Source: an uncultured Gemmatimonadales bacterium (GTDB lineage: Bacteria > Gemmatimonadota > Gemmatimonadetes > Gemmatimonadales > GWC2-71-9). Taken from it: DNA of 64,000 bases. A program made the position numbers and the translations under genes. This document shows, in pieces, positions 21,688 to 32,342 of the stretch (its first letter is position 1; each line of letters opens with the position of its first letter). The notes under the pieces are model-generated. The model was given only the letters and a program-made list of their open reading frames with translations. It ran no database searches and was not told the DNA's origin. The stretch is taken from positions 192,001-256,000 of the forward strand of contig CAWGED010000019.1 in the NCBI GenBank assembly GCA_963821525.1. Reading direction: 5' to 3'.

Positions 21688-22706
21688 AAGCGCCGCCCCG
21701 CAGACTGAAGAGGACCTGGAAGAAATCCTCTCGCGTCCGACCCAGGGCGTGATGGAGGTTCTCGCCACCCTTCCCGGCGACCTCCTCGTCCTGGGTGCCG
21801 GTGGCAAGATGGGGCCGAGTCTGGCGCGCATGGCCCAACGGGCCTTGGGGGAGCGCCACCGAGTCATCGCCGTATCACGCTTCAGAGATCCCGCGAGCCG
21901 GCAGATGCTGGAGCAGGCGGGAATCAGGACCATCGCGGCAGACCTGCGAGACCCCGCCGCGGTAGCCGCGCTCCCTGACGCGCCCGACCTGATTTTCATG
22001 GCCGGCCAGAAGTTCGGGACCAACGCGGCACCGGCCGAAACCTGGGCCATGAACGCGCTGGTGCCGGCGCTGGTCGCGGCCCGGTACCCGGGTCGCCGTT
22101 TCGTCGTCTTCTCGACCGGCAATGTCTATCCGCTGGTTCCCGCCAGCTCCAAGGGCGCGCGGGAGAACCACCCCGTGGGGCCGGTCGGGGAATACGCCAT
22201 GAGCTGTGTCGCACGCGAGCGGCTCTTCGAGGACGCTGCGAGTCGCGACGGCACCCGGGTCACCATCTTCCGGCTGAACTACGCCAACGATCTTCGTTAC
22301 GGTGTGCTGGTGGACCTGGCGCGGCGGGTCCTGACCGGAGAGCCGGTGGACCTGAGCATGGGACAGGTGAACCTGATCTGGCAGGGCGACGCCAATGCGC
22401 GGGCACTCCAGTGTCTCGCCCTCGCCTCGAGTCCAGCCACGATCCTGAATGTCACCGGGCCCGAGGTCCTGAGTGTGCGAGCCCTGGCGAAAAAGATCGG
22501 CGACTATGCGGGGCGGGAACCGGTGTTCAAAGGAGCCGAGGCGAGCCGACTCCCTGCTGAGCGACGCCAGCCGGTCCATCCAGCTCTTCGGCCCACCAGT
22601 CGTGTCGGTTGACACCATGATCGAGTGGACGGTCTCCTGGCTGAGCCAGGGAGGGCGAGTGCTCGGCAAACCCACCCATTTCGAGGAGCGACATGGGCAG
22701 TTCTAG
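21683..22706 (+). CDS. NAD-dependent epimerase/dehydratase, frame break near 22545
   Basis: VLGAGGKMGPSLA, FSTGNVY, RLNYA; C-terminus KPTHFEERHGQF lies in another frame. Confidence 0.85.
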
Positions 22707-22720
22707 TCGGATATCCATCC

Positions 22721-23758
22721 ATGAATGACCTGCGAACCCACCTGCTCGCCGGACAGGTCATTCCCGCTCATCCACTGGCCCTCACCGCCGATCGAAAGCT
22801 CGACGAGCGTCGCCAGCGAGCGTTGTCCCGGTATTACATCGCAGCCGGTGCGGGTGGGCTCGCGGTGGGTGTCCACACGACTCAGTTCGCGATCCGGGAT
22901 CCCAAGCACGGCCTGTTCGAGCCGGTACTCGCTCTCGCAGCCGAAGTCGCAAGAAGCGAACAAGCGCGTTCAGGGCGAAAGGTGGCGCTGGTGGCGGGAG
23001 CAGTGGGCCGCACCGCACAGGCCGTTGCCGAAGCGGAGACCGCCGCGAAACTGGGGTACGACGCGACACTGCTCTCTCTGGCCGCCTGGCAGGACGCGAC
23101 CGACCAGGAACTGCTGGCGCACTGCCGCACCGTCTCCGGCGTGCTTCCCCTCTTTGGTTTCTATCTCCAGCCCGCTGTCGGTGGCCGCCACCTGGGCTAC
23201 CAGTTCTGGCGCGGGCTGGCCGAGTTGCCCGGTCTCGTCGCCATCAAGATCGCGCCGTTCAGCCGCTACCATACGCTCGAGGTAATGCGCGCCGTGGGCG
23301 ACTCAGGACGGCGGGATGTGGCGCTTTACACCGGAAACGACGACAGCATCGTGGTAGACCTCTTGTCTCGCTTCCCCTTCGGCGACGGCGACCGGCGCAT
23401 CGTCGGCGGGCTACTCGGCCAATGGGCGGTGTGGACTCGACGAGCGGTCGAGTTGCTTCATCATCTCCGCCGCCAAGACTCCTCCAACCAGGTCGGGCCC
23501 GAGTGGTTGTCGCTCGCGACCCGTCTCACCGATGCCAACGCCGCGATCTTCGACGCCGATCATCAATTCGCCGGCTGCATTCCGGGCATTCACGAGGTGC
23601 TGCGGCGACAGGGACTGCTCGCTGGAACCTGGTGTCTCGACGCCGAGGAACAGCTCTCGCCGGGGCAGGCGGAGCAGATTTCCCGGGTCATTCACGCCTA
23701 CCCCGAGCTGATCGACGATGCCTTTGTCGCCGAGCATCGGGACGCCTGGATGGCCTGA
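22721..23758 (+). CDS. Dihydrodipicolinate synthase-like aldolase family protein
   Basis: VIPAHPLAL, GVHTTQF, GFYLQPAVGG, AIKIAPF (Schiff-base Lys) and YTGNDD. Confidence 0.88.
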   Translation: MNDLRTHLLAGQVIPAHPLALTADRKLDERRQRALSRYYIAAGAGGLAVGVHTTQFAIRDPKHGLFEPVLALAAEVARSEQARSGRKVALVAGAVGRTAQAVAEAETAAKLGYDATLLSLAAWQDATDQELLAHCRTVSGVLPLFGFYLQPAVGGRHLGYQFWRGLAELPGLVAIKIAPFSRYHTLEVMRAVGDSGRRDVALYTGNDDSIVVDLLSRFPFGDGDRRIVGGLLGQWAVWTRRAVELLHHLRRQDSSNQVGPEWLSLATRLTDANAAIFDADHQFAGCIPGIHEVLRRQGLLAGTWCLDAEEQLSPGQAEQISRVIHAYPELIDDAFVAEHRDAWMA

Positions 23759-23823
23759 CGCGAGATTTACAACTCCTGATCTGACGAGCACTTGCGGCGC
23801 CAGAAATGGCGCCGCTTGACGTT

Positions 23824-23855
23824 TTGGTATCATAGTGATATCATAACGATACCAA
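23824..23855. promoter_or_regulatory. Palindromic operator, probably for the downstream ribbon-helix-helix protein
   Basis: TTGGTATC...TGATATCA...GATACCAA, three related sites in a dyad just upstream of the SPFH gene. Confidence 0.65.
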
Positions 23856-23875
23856 CTCCAAATGAGGGTAGAGCT

Positions 23876-24742
23876 GTGATTCGGGAAATCGAGCACAAGG
23901 CTGTGAATGGAGCCCTGGCCGTGGTTCTCCTGCTGGCCGCGACAGCGTTCCTCGTCGCCGCGTTCATCAACGCCGTGCGGACGCAGCAACCACAGCGACT
24001 GATCGGGATCATGCTGGCCTTCCCGCTGCTGGTGCTCTGCTGGAAGGGGCTACTGGTCGTGCAACCCAATCAGGGCAAGGCTCTGCTCCTCTTTGGCCGC
24101 TACAGCGGGACCGTGCGGGCTTCCGGTCTCTGGTGGGTCAATCCCTTCTTTACCGCGCGAGCCATTTCGCTCCGGGTGCGGAACTTCGAGACCACCAAGC
24201 TCAAGGTGAACGACCACAACTCCAATCCGATCGAGATCGGAGCGGTCGTGGTCTGGCAGGTGACCGATACGGCGGAAGCTCTTTTCGAAGTGGACAACTA
24301 CGAGGACTACGTCAAAGTCCAGAGCGAATCGGCGCTGCGGGGCCTGGCGAACCAGTATCCCTATGATGCGCACGAGGCGGGGCAGATGTCGCTCTCGGTG
24401 AACACCAGCGAAGTGGCCGAGAAGCTCAAAGTCGAGATCCAGGAGCGGCTCGTCAAAGCCGGCGTCAAGGTGCTGGAGTCGCGAATCAGCCACCTGGCCT
24501 ATGCCCCGGAGATCGCCGGCGTGATGCTGCGGCGCCAGCAGGCCAACGCCGTCATCGCCGCGAGGCAGAAGATTGTGGAGGGTGCGGTCGGCATGGTCGA
24601 GTCGGCGCTGGATCAGCTCTCCAGCAAGCAGATCGTGCATCTGGATGAGGAGCGGAAGGCGACGATGGTGAGCAATCTGCTCGTGGTTCTGTGCTCCGAG
24701 CAGGCTACTCAGCCGGTCGTGAACGCCGGATCCATCTACTGA
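23876..24742 (+). CDS. SPFH/Band-7 domain membrane protein
   Basis: Two TM helices, [31 protein letters not shown] and [12 protein letters not shown] at 23876. Confidence 0.92.
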   Translation: MIREIEHKAVNGALAVVLLLAATAFLVAAFINAVRTQQPQRLIGIMLAFPLLVLCWKGLLVVQPNQGKALLLFGRYSGTVRASGLWWVNPFFTARAISLRVRNFETTKLKVNDHNSNPIEIGAVVVWQVTDTAEALFEVDNYEDYVKVQSESALRGLANQYPYDAHEAGQMSLSVNTSEVAEKLKVEIQERLVKAGVKVLESRISHLAYAPEIAGVMLRRQQANAVIAARQKIVEGAVGMVESALDQLSSKQIVHLDEERKATMVSNLLVVLCSEQATQPVVNAGSIY

Positions 24743-24749
24743 GACCGTC

Positions 24750-24914
24750 GTGGAGCGGAAGCCCTTCCTGTTGCGGCTGGACCCGGCGCTGCACGAGGCC
24801 TTGCAGCGTTGGGCGGCCGACGAGCTGCGGTCGCTGAACGGTCAGATCGAGTTTGTGCTCCGTCGGGCAGTTCAGGAGGCGGGGCGACTGAAGAGTGACG
24901 AGGGAAAGGACTGA
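24750..24914 (+). CDS. Small Arc/CopG-like ribbon-helix-helix protein, 54 aa (absent from ORF track)
   Basis: Hand translation MERKPFLLRLDPALHEALQRWAADELRSLNGQIEFVLRRAVQEAGRLKSDEGKD; typical partner of this SPFH family. Confidence 0.85.
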   Translation: MERKPFLLRLDPALHEALQRWAADELRSLNGQIEFVLRRAVQEAGRLKSDEGKD

Positions 24915-25306
24915 GGACTGAGGACTGAGTATCAGTACGTCGAGTACCGAGTACCGAAGATTCGCTCGAGTAAGGAGGATAGTATGCGGCGTTACGTCCA
25001 GATTTCCGGGATCTTTTTCGCGCTTCTCGCGCTGGTCCAGTTGACTCGAACGCTGTCCGGTTGGCCGGTCCAGGTGGCCAGCGTCACGGTACCCATCTGG
25101 GCCTCGGCGGTCGCGTTTGTCATCACGGCAAGCTTCGCGACGTGGGCCCTGCGCGCAGTGACGAGTGAGAGGAGATGAAAGTACCTAGTACCTGGTACCG
25201 AGTACCGAGGAACAGCAACGAGCGAGAGAGGAATCCCGAGTGCCGAAGCCTTCGCGGACTGCTAGGCCTCCGGGCTTGTCCTCTCACTCTCAGTCCTCAG
25301 TCCTTT
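24905..25306. repeat. Heptamer-bounded cassette-like segment
   Basis: AAAGGACTGAGGACTGAG (24905-24922) and its exact reverse complement (25289-25306); inner AGTACCG-type arrays at 24943-24956 and 25180-25207. Confidence 0.75.
24984..25178 (+). CDS. Small two-TM hypothetical protein, 64 aa
   Basis: Strong SD TAAGGAGG, two hydrophobic segments. Confidence 0.75.
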   Translation: MRRYVQISGIFFALLALVQLTRTLSGWPVQVASVTVPIWASAVAFVITASFATWALRAVTSERR

Positions 25307-25412
25307 TCTTTCAACTGATCTTGTCCGGGACAACTGCTTCGCGAGCCATCGCCGGGAGCGTCGATACAGGGGAGGGCTTACGCGCTGGACGGGTCGGACT
25401 GCATGGGACCAA

Positions 25413-25430
25413 TACTTGACTAATCAAGTA
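25413..25430. promoter_or_regulatory. Candidate MarR operator
   Basis: TACTTGA-CTAA-TCAAGTA; degenerate copy TAGTTGACTAGTTATGTA near 25974-25991 before DoxX. Confidence 0.65.
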
Positions 25431-25449
25431 ATATCCTATACTCTTCACC

Positions 25450-25980
25450 ATGCCTAGACCGGTCACCTCCGTTCAGCGGGAGATCAAGCAGCGGAAGCCG
25501 TTCCGCTCGGCCAGCCAGGAGGCGTTCATCGCCCTCCTTCGCACGGCCGACTTGCTCCGCCGGCGCGTCTCGACCGACATCGAGGCGGAAGGGATCACCC
25601 TGCAGCAGTACAACGTCCTGCGGATCCTTCGCGGGGCCGGGCCTGAGGGGCTTCCGACTCTCGAGATCCCCGAGCGGATGATCGAACAGGCGCCGGGGAT
25701 CACCCGGTTGATTGACCGCCTGGAACGCAAGCGGCTGGTTTCCCGGGAGCGTTGCCCTGAAGACCGGAGGCAGGTCACCTGCAGGATCAGTGAGTCAGGC
25801 CTGGATCTCCTGGGCAAGATGGACGTGTCGCTGGACCACGCGGACGATGCCCTGTTCGCAGCGCTTTCGACCGCGGAGCAGCGGCAGCTGATCAAGCTGC
25901 TCGACCGGGTCCGAGCCGACATAGACGCTACCGGCGTAGTCGAAATGATGAAGCCGGGTTTGTTTTGTGAAATTAGTTGA
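25450..25980 (+). CDS. MarR family regulator
   Basis: ITLQQYNVLRILRG, ITRLIDRLE..RLVSR..EDRR. Confidence 0.92.
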   Translation: MPRPVTSVQREIKQRKPFRSASQEAFIALLRTADLLRRRVSTDIEAEGITLQQYNVLRILRGAGPEGLPTLEIPERMIEQAPGITRLIDRLERKRLVSRERCPEDRRQVTCRISESGLDLLGKMDVSLDHADDALFAALSTAEQRQLIKLLDRVRADIDATGVVEMMKPGLFCEIS

Positions 25981-26030
25981 CTAGTTATGTATTAACCAAT
26001 CACGCTTCTCGCAGGAAAGGCAAGGCACAT

Positions 26031-26531
26031 ATGACCACCATCGCCTCACCATCAATCCAGCGGATCGGCGCGGTTCGCGAGCCGGTTGGCCTGGGAGCGT
26101 TGCTGCGGACCAAGGCCGACTGGGGCACCACTCTCCTCCGGCTCACTCTTGGCATCGTGATGTTCCCCCACGGCGCGCAGAAACTGCTCGGCTGGTTCGG
26201 CGGCTACGGGTACCGCGGCACCATGGATTTCTTCACCCACCAGATGCACATCCCCGCCCTGTTCGCCTTTCTGGCCATCATGGCGGAGTTCGCAGGATCG
26301 CTGGGCCTGATCACGGGATTCCTGACTCGGGTCGCCGCCTTCGGCATCGCGATGAACATGATCGTGGCGCTCGTGCTGGTGCATGGCCACGTCGGGTTCT
26401 TCATGAACTGGTACGGGCAGTATCCGGCCGGAACGGAAGGCTTCGAGTACGCGCTGCTGGCGATTGCGGTGGCGGTGTACTTGATCGTGAAGGGGGGCGG
26501 GGAAGGCGTCGGTGGATGGGTCGGTCAGTGA
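26031..26531 (+). CDS. DoxX family membrane protein (possible frame break in the 3' G-runs)
   Basis: LLRLTLGIVMFPHGAQKLLGWFGG, GFLTRVAA and EGFEY. Confidence 0.9.
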   Translation: MTTIASPSIQRIGAVREPVGLGALLRTKADWGTTLLRLTLGIVMFPHGAQKLLGWFGGYGYRGTMDFFTHQMHIPALFAFLAIMAEFAGSLGLITGFLTRVAAFGIAMNMIVALVLVHGHVGFFMNWYGQYPAGTEGFEYALLAIAVAVYLIVKGGGEGVGGWVGQ

Positions 26532-26532
26532 G

Positions 26533-26610
26533 GAGTGCGAGTTCGCAGTTCCGAGTTACGAGTGGGAGGACAGGCTTAGACTTCGAAACTCGGAAATCGC
26601 AATCTTCAAT
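26533..26610. repeat. Degenerate heptamer arrays between convergent DoxX and speA
   Basis: GAGTGC GAGTTCG CAGTTCC GAGTTAC GAGT and partly complementary ACTTCGA AACTCGG AAATCGC AATC. Confidence 0.5.
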
Positions 26611-26617
26611 GCCCTCG

Positions 26618-28527
26618 CTACGTCCCCGGCAGCTCCTCTCCCTCCAGGTACGTGTACCCCTCCAGCCCCGCCACATAGTCGGCGATGAACTGGTTGGCGT
26701 CCTGCCGGGCGAGGTCCTTCGCGTTGTTGACCTTGCGACGGAAGGTGGAGAGCAGGTCGGAGGCGTGGAACTGGACGTAGTGCAGCACCTCGGTCACCGT
26801 GTCCCCGTGCACCAGGTCGGTCACCTCGTACCCCTGCTCGGTGAGCCGCACGTGCACCGCGTTGGTGTCGCCGAACAGGTTGTGCAGGTCGCCCAGGATT
26901 TCCTGGTAGGCTCCGGTCAGGAATATCCCCAGGATGTACGGCTCGTCGTCCTTGACCGGGTGCAGCTCGAGCGAGGGTTTCCCCTTCCGGCCGCCCACGA
27001 AACGATCAATTACTCCATCCGAGTCGCAGGTGATGTCCTGAATGGTTCCCCGGCGAGTCGGTTGTTCGTCCAGCCGGTGGATCGGCATGATGGGGAACAA
27101 CTGATCGATGGCCCAGTTGTCAGGCAGGGACTGGAAGACCGAGAAGTTGCAGAAGTAGCGGTCGATCAGGGTGGACTCCAGGTCGCCCACGATTTCGGGA
27201 TACGCCGCCTTGTCTTCCTCGATCATGTGCGCCAGGGCGTTCATGGTGCAGAGGTAGAACGTCTCGACGTCGGCCCGGTCCCGCAGTGAGAGCACCCCGC
27301 TGGCGAACAATTCCTGGGCTCGTTCCTTCCCGAACGAGGCGTCGTGATGCGCCTCCTGGAGCCGGTCGGGTGAGAGCGACTCGAAATTCTCCTTCATCTC
27401 CACCAACAGCGGATGGGCGCCTTTGCCGAGCTTGGGCGGCACCGGCTCGATCTGCGATTCGACATCGGTCACGTTGATCAGGAGCAGCGCGTGATGCGCG
27501 GTGATCGCCCTCCCCGATTCGGAGATGATGTGGGGCATGGGGAGGCCCTCGGCACGGCACATCGCGCCGACGGTGTAGATCACGTCGTTGGCGTACTCCC
27601 GCATCGAGTAATTCATGCTGGCGGGCCGGGTGGACCGTGAGCCGTCGTAGTCCACTCCCAGCCCGCCTCCCACATCCACGTGGCTCAGCGCGAAGCCCAT
27701 CTTCCTGAGCTCGACGTAGAAGCGGGCGACCTCCTCGAGCGCCGCCTTGATGTACTGGATGTCGGTGATCTGGCTGCCCAGATGGAAGTGCACCAGCCGG
27801 AGCGCGTCCTTCCGCCCCAGGCTCTCCAGCTTGTCCAGCAGCTTCATCAGCTCGGCGGCGCTCAGGCCAAACTTCGACTTTTCTCCTCCGCTCTTGGCCC
27901 AACGTCCAGAGCCTTCGGCTGCCAGCTTGATGCGGACGCCGACAGTGGGAGAAACGCCCAGCTCGTCGGCCACTTTGAAGAGCGTATCGAGCTCGCTCAG
28001 CTGCTCCAGGACCACGAACACCGTGTGTCCCAGCTTCTGGCCCATGAGGGCGAGGCGCATGTACTCCTCGTCCTTGTAGCCGTTGCAGACGATGATCGGC
28101 TGGATGCTCTCGGTGATCCCCAGGATCGCCTGCAGCTCCGCCTTACTGCCGCACTCGAGTCCCACGCCGAGTGGCATGCCGAATTCCACGATCTCCTCGA
28201 TGACGTGGCGCTGCTGGTTGACCTTGATGGGGTAGACCGTCGTGTAGGTGCCTTCGTAGCCGAACTCGGCGATGGCGTCCTGAACTGGGCGGCGAGCGCC
28301 TCGATCCTGGCCCTGAGGATGTCGGAGAACCGGAGCAGCAGCGGCAGTCCCACGCCCTGCGCGTTGAGGTCCATCGCCAGCTGGTAGAGATCCAGCCCGC
28401 GCTTGGGGTTTCCGTCCGGGTGGACGGTGACCCGGCCTTCGGCATTGGCCCGGAAGAAGCCCAGGCCCCAGCCCTGTACGTTGTAGAGCTTCTCGGCGTC
28501 CTTGACGGTCCAGGAAGTCGGGGAGAT
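26618..28527 (-). CDS. speA: Biosynthetic arginine decarboxylase, frame break near 28284, apparent ATC start
   Basis: WTVKDAEKLYNVQGWGLGFF, YPIKVNQ (PLP Lys), HFHLGSQI, DVGGGLGVDYDGS, TCDSDG and GAYQEILGDLHNLFGD. Confidence 0.94.
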
Positions 28528-28570
28528 TGAGCGGACTCCGGTTGGAGGAAGGGGAAGATTTTAATAGAGG

Positions 28571-28780
28571 AAGACGGGAGATGGGAGACGGGAAGGGCGG
28601 GAAGGCGGTTGGGCGGGGAAGGCGGTAGGGCGGATAGGCGGGGCGGACGAGGCGGACGAGGCGGGACGGACGGAGGAGGAGCCGACGGCGGGACGCTAGA
28701 TTCAACGGGAGTACCATGACCATCCGACTATCGACCATCGACCACCGACTCTAGACTCCAGTCTCTCGACTTCCGACTCA
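28571..28780. repeat. Mixed 7-mer and 8/9-mer tandem arrays in the speA / M50 divergent spacer
   Basis: GAAGACG GGAGATG GGAGACG; GGCGGACGA x2 and GGCGG-anchored units; GACTATC GACCATC GACCACC GACTCTA GACTCCA. Confidence 0.75.
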
Positions 28781-28782
28781 GA

Positions 28783-29868
28783 ATGACCTGGTCCTTTCGC
28801 ATCGCACGGATCGCGGGCACCGACGTCAAGGTGCACTTCACCTTCCTTCTCCTCGTCGCCTGGTGGGCGATGAGCGGCTACCAGGAAGGCGGAACCCCCG
28901 GGGCCGTCCATGCGACCGTTCTCCTCCTCTCCCTGTTCACCTGCGTCATCCTTCATGAATTCGGGCACATCCTCATGGCCCGGCGATTCGGGGTCCGGAC
29001 TCCAGATGTGATCCTCCTGCCGATCGGAGGAGTGGCGCGGCTGGAGCGGATCCCCGACAAGCCCAGGGAAGAACTGCTGATCGCCCTTGCGGGACCATTT
29101 GTCACCCTGGTTCTCGCGGCGGTCTTCTACGGATGGCTCGTGCTGACCGGGCAGTCCATCACGACCCCCTCGAACGAACTGGCCCACGCCCCTCTGGCCG
29201 TGGCGCTGCTGGTGATGAACGTGATCCTGCTGGTCTTCAATCTCATCCCGGCCTTTCCGATGGACGGGGGCCGAGTACTGCGGGCGCTCCTGGCGAGCAA
29301 GCTGGGGTTCGTGAGGGCGACCCGCATCGCGGCTTCGATCGGGCAGGGGCTGGCCATTCCGGCCGGCGTCTACGGGCTCTTCAAGCCAGAGCCGATGCTG
29401 GTCCTCATCGCGCTCTTCGTCTTCCTCGGCGCCGCAACCGAGGCCGCCGCGGTGGAGACCAGGATCGCGGGCGAGGGGATCCGGATCGAGCAGATGATGG
29501 TGACCCGCTTCGAGACCATTCCGATCCACGCCCGGTTGCGACTGGCCGTGGACCTGCTGCTTTCCGGCGAGCAGCGCGAGTTTCCGGTGGTGGACAACGC
29601 CGGGCGGGTGGAAGGCATCCTCACCCGAGAAAGCCTGATCAAGGCCCTGGCGGAGCGGGGCCCGGAGTCCACGGTTGGAGAGGCGATGATTTCGCCGGTG
29701 CCGGCGCTGCCGGTGGGCCTCGATTTCGAAACGGCGGTGGGGCGACTTCGTTCCAGCGGCTTGGCTGCGCTGCCGGTGGTGGGACCCTCGGGTGAGCTGG
29801 TCGGTCTGCTCACCACGGACAACGTGTCCGATCTGATAATGGTCCGGCGGGCCGTCAGCAAACGCTGA
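28783..29868 (+). CDS. Site-2 (M50) metalloprotease with CBS domains
   Basis: HEFGH, NLIPAFPMDGGR and paired CBS domains. Confidence 0.93.
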   Translation: MTWSFRIARIAGTDVKVHFTFLLLVAWWAMSGYQEGGTPGAVHATVLLLSLFTCVILHEFGHILMARRFGVRTPDVILLPIGGVARLERIPDKPREELLIALAGPFVTLVLAAVFYGWLVLTGQSITTPSNELAHAPLAVALLVMNVILLVFNLIPAFPMDGGRVLRALLASKLGFVRATRIAASIGQGLAIPAGVYGLFKPEPMLVLIALFVFLGAATEAAAVETRIAGEGIRIEQMMVTRFETIPIHARLRLAVDLLLSGEQREFPVVDNAGRVEGILTRESLIKALAERGPESTVGEAMISPVPALPVGLDFETAVGRLRSSGLAALPVVGPSGELVGLLTTDNVSDLIMVRRAVSKR

Positions 29869-29884
29869 CCGACCTCACCGAGCA

Positions 29885-30295
29885 CTACGAGTCCTGCAAC
29901 TCCTGCTGCAGAGTCGGTCCCGGAGACTTGGGGACCTGGAAATACCACCAGTTCCGCTCCGGCGTCCAGCCTTCATCCTCGGCGGTGATCGGTCCCCACA
30001 GGCACCGCTCCGCCGGCTCCAATAGAACCAGCATCCGGTGATCCGCGGTGCGTACCCGCGGCATGATTTGGGCGCGCGCCTCGACGGAGGCGAGCTCGAG
30101 CGCGTTCTCCAGCAGCTGGCGCCCGTCCATGTCGTTCAGGTAGTCGTCCAGCCCTTGGGGATAGCCCTTGCTGACCTGGTCTACCACCCGTTCCCAGTTC
30201 TCGACCAGCCCTCGCAGCCCGTTCGCCACGATCGCGTACGACGCGCCTTGCTTCCGCAGGAATTCAGTGATCGGATCGTCCGGCTGCTGAGGCAC
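29885..30295 (-). CDS. Hypothetical protein, 136 aa
   Basis: Starts immediately after the M1 peptidase stop; protein-like sequence (LDDYLNDMDGR, WWYF). Confidence 0.7.
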   Translation of the reverse strand: MPQQPDDPITEFLRKQGASYAIVANGLRGLVENWERVVDQVSKGYPQGLDDYLNDMDGRQLLENALELASVEARAQIMPRVRTADHRMLVLLEPAERCLWGPITAEDEGWTPERNWWYFQVPKSPGPTLQQELQDS

Positions 30296-32202
30296 CTACA
30301 TCCTCGCTTCCATCCACGAATTGTTGCTCCGGTCCACGTCCGGCAGGGCTTCGTGCGGGTCCACGTCCACTCCGATAATGGGCCGGCCACCGGCTGCCCG
30401 ATAGGTGAAGTGGCTCCCCAGGTTCCACATGTCCACCGGCAGCTCGGACGAACTGGGTCTGCCCGTCAGCATAACGGAGCCGGATCTCGGCGGGCATCAC
30501 CATGGTCCCGCGGTTGGAGAGATAGACATTGGCGCCTCGATCCTCGGTCCGGACCACCGAGTCCACCGCCTGGTCGAGCCGCGCCGTCGTGTAGATCCAC
30601 CCCCGCCAGAACCAATCCAGGTCCATCCCGGACTCGTCCCGCATGATGCGGAAGAAATCCGCTGGTGTTGGATGCTTGAAGGCCCAGGCCTTGATGTAAG
30701 CTCGGAAGGCGGAATCGAACCGCGGCTTCCCGAGCACCTCGTAGCGCAGCATCTGCATCATCAGGGCCGGCTTCTGATACGCGGTCCAGAATAGATCGCG
30801 AGACTCGACCGGCCGGGTGATGAGAGGTTGTTCCTGGCCAACGCTTGGAGTGGTCGGGATAGAGATGGAGCGGATGAACCTCGATCGAATCTCCGTAGGG
30901 AGTCCCCTGGAAATACTTTGCCGCGTTGGCCAGATCGATAAAGGTATTGAACCCTTCATCCATCCACGGATAGAGCCGCTCGTTCGATCCCACGATCATC
31001 GGCACCCACTGGTGTCCGAGCTCGTGAGCCAGCACCCATTGCAGATCGATGCGCACCGGGCCGCTGGGGTCGAAGGTCATCATGGGATACTCCATTCCCT
31101 CGATGGGCCCTTCGATGCTGGAGATGTGAGCGTAGGGATAGGGGTACCACTGCTCGCTGTAGTACTTCACCGCCTCCCGCACCATGTGATTCGCCTCGGT
31201 CCAGAGCTGGGCCTGAGGCCGGTAGAAGGTGTGGACGTAGATCCCCTTGTAACCGCTCGCATCCCAACGGAAGTTGGGCGCCGCCGCGAAGGCGAAGTCC
31301 CGCACGCTGTCGGCGCTGAAACGCCAGGTGAGAGTGCCGCTGGTTGAGGGTCGGGTCTTGGCGGCGTCTCCCGCCTCGTCAGCGCTGATGATCGCGACTG
31401 TCGTGTCCGACGTCCGCGCCCTCGCCAGCCGAGCACGCTGAGTGGCGGTCAGCACGGTGAGGGGATTCTGCAGTCTTCCGGTCGCGGCGACGATGTAGGT
31501 GGCCGGCAGCGTGATGGACACATCGAAGCGCCCGTACTCGAGATAGAACTCTCCGGCGCCGATGTAGGGCTCGTGGTTCCAGCCCCGCACATCGTCGTAT
31601 ACCACCATTCGGGGATACCACTGGCCGAACTCATACAGCGTCCCATCGTGTCCCATCCGCCCGCCGCCGTAGTCGGGAACCGGGAACCGCCACCGCACCT
31701 CCAGATCAATCACACCTCCCGGCGGCAATGGCTTCGGCAGGTCCACGCGCATGGTGGTGCCGAAGACCTCACGCGGCAGTTCCCGGCCAAGGTTCCGCAC
31801 CGCTTCGAGCGTGAGCCCGCCCTGGAAGCCTTTGCATGAGAAATCAAAGACCGAGCCCAGGAACACGAGGGGCGGCTGGTTCAGCCGGTTGGTGACACTG
31901 CCGGCTTCGCACATGTTCTGTTCCAGGAACATCCAGAGGTAAGGCAGCGCGTCGGGCGAGCGGTTCACGTAGTGAATCGTCTCGGAGCCCTGCAGCTCGC
32001 TGCGCACCGGATCCAGCCTCGCCGTGATCCGATAGTCCACGCGCTGTTGCCAGTAAGCCGAACCCGGACGCCCGGATCCGGTCCGGACGGCATTGGGCGC
32101 TGGCAGCGGAAGCTCCCGGAATGGCGAGCTGTCGGAAACGGCGGATTGAGCGTGAAGCGGTGCGGCAGAGAGGAACGCCAGGAGTGCGAGGCTAAGTCGC
32201 AT
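30296..32202 (-). CDS. Secreted M1 family metallopeptidase, two frame breaks (near 30845 and 30445)
   Basis: Signal peptide, YWQQRVDYRI, GMEYPM, HELGH...WMDEG, WAFKHPTPADFFR and DPHEALPDVDRSNN. Confidence 0.9.
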
Positions 32203-32342
32203 GGATGGGCGCGATGTTGAATGAGTGGAAGACTGGGGCGGTGCGACGAAGTTACGGTTCCTCGAATGGGTGTCCAGAGTCGGGACCCGGAATCTGGTCA
32301 TAATGGCGTGAGAGACCGGCTTGGCGCTAAATCTAAGGGACG

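Noticed and set aside
28530..28738. Long Pro/Arg-rich N-terminal extension of SpeA in the ORF track
   Set aside because: It is translated repeat DNA, reached only because of the frame break near 28284
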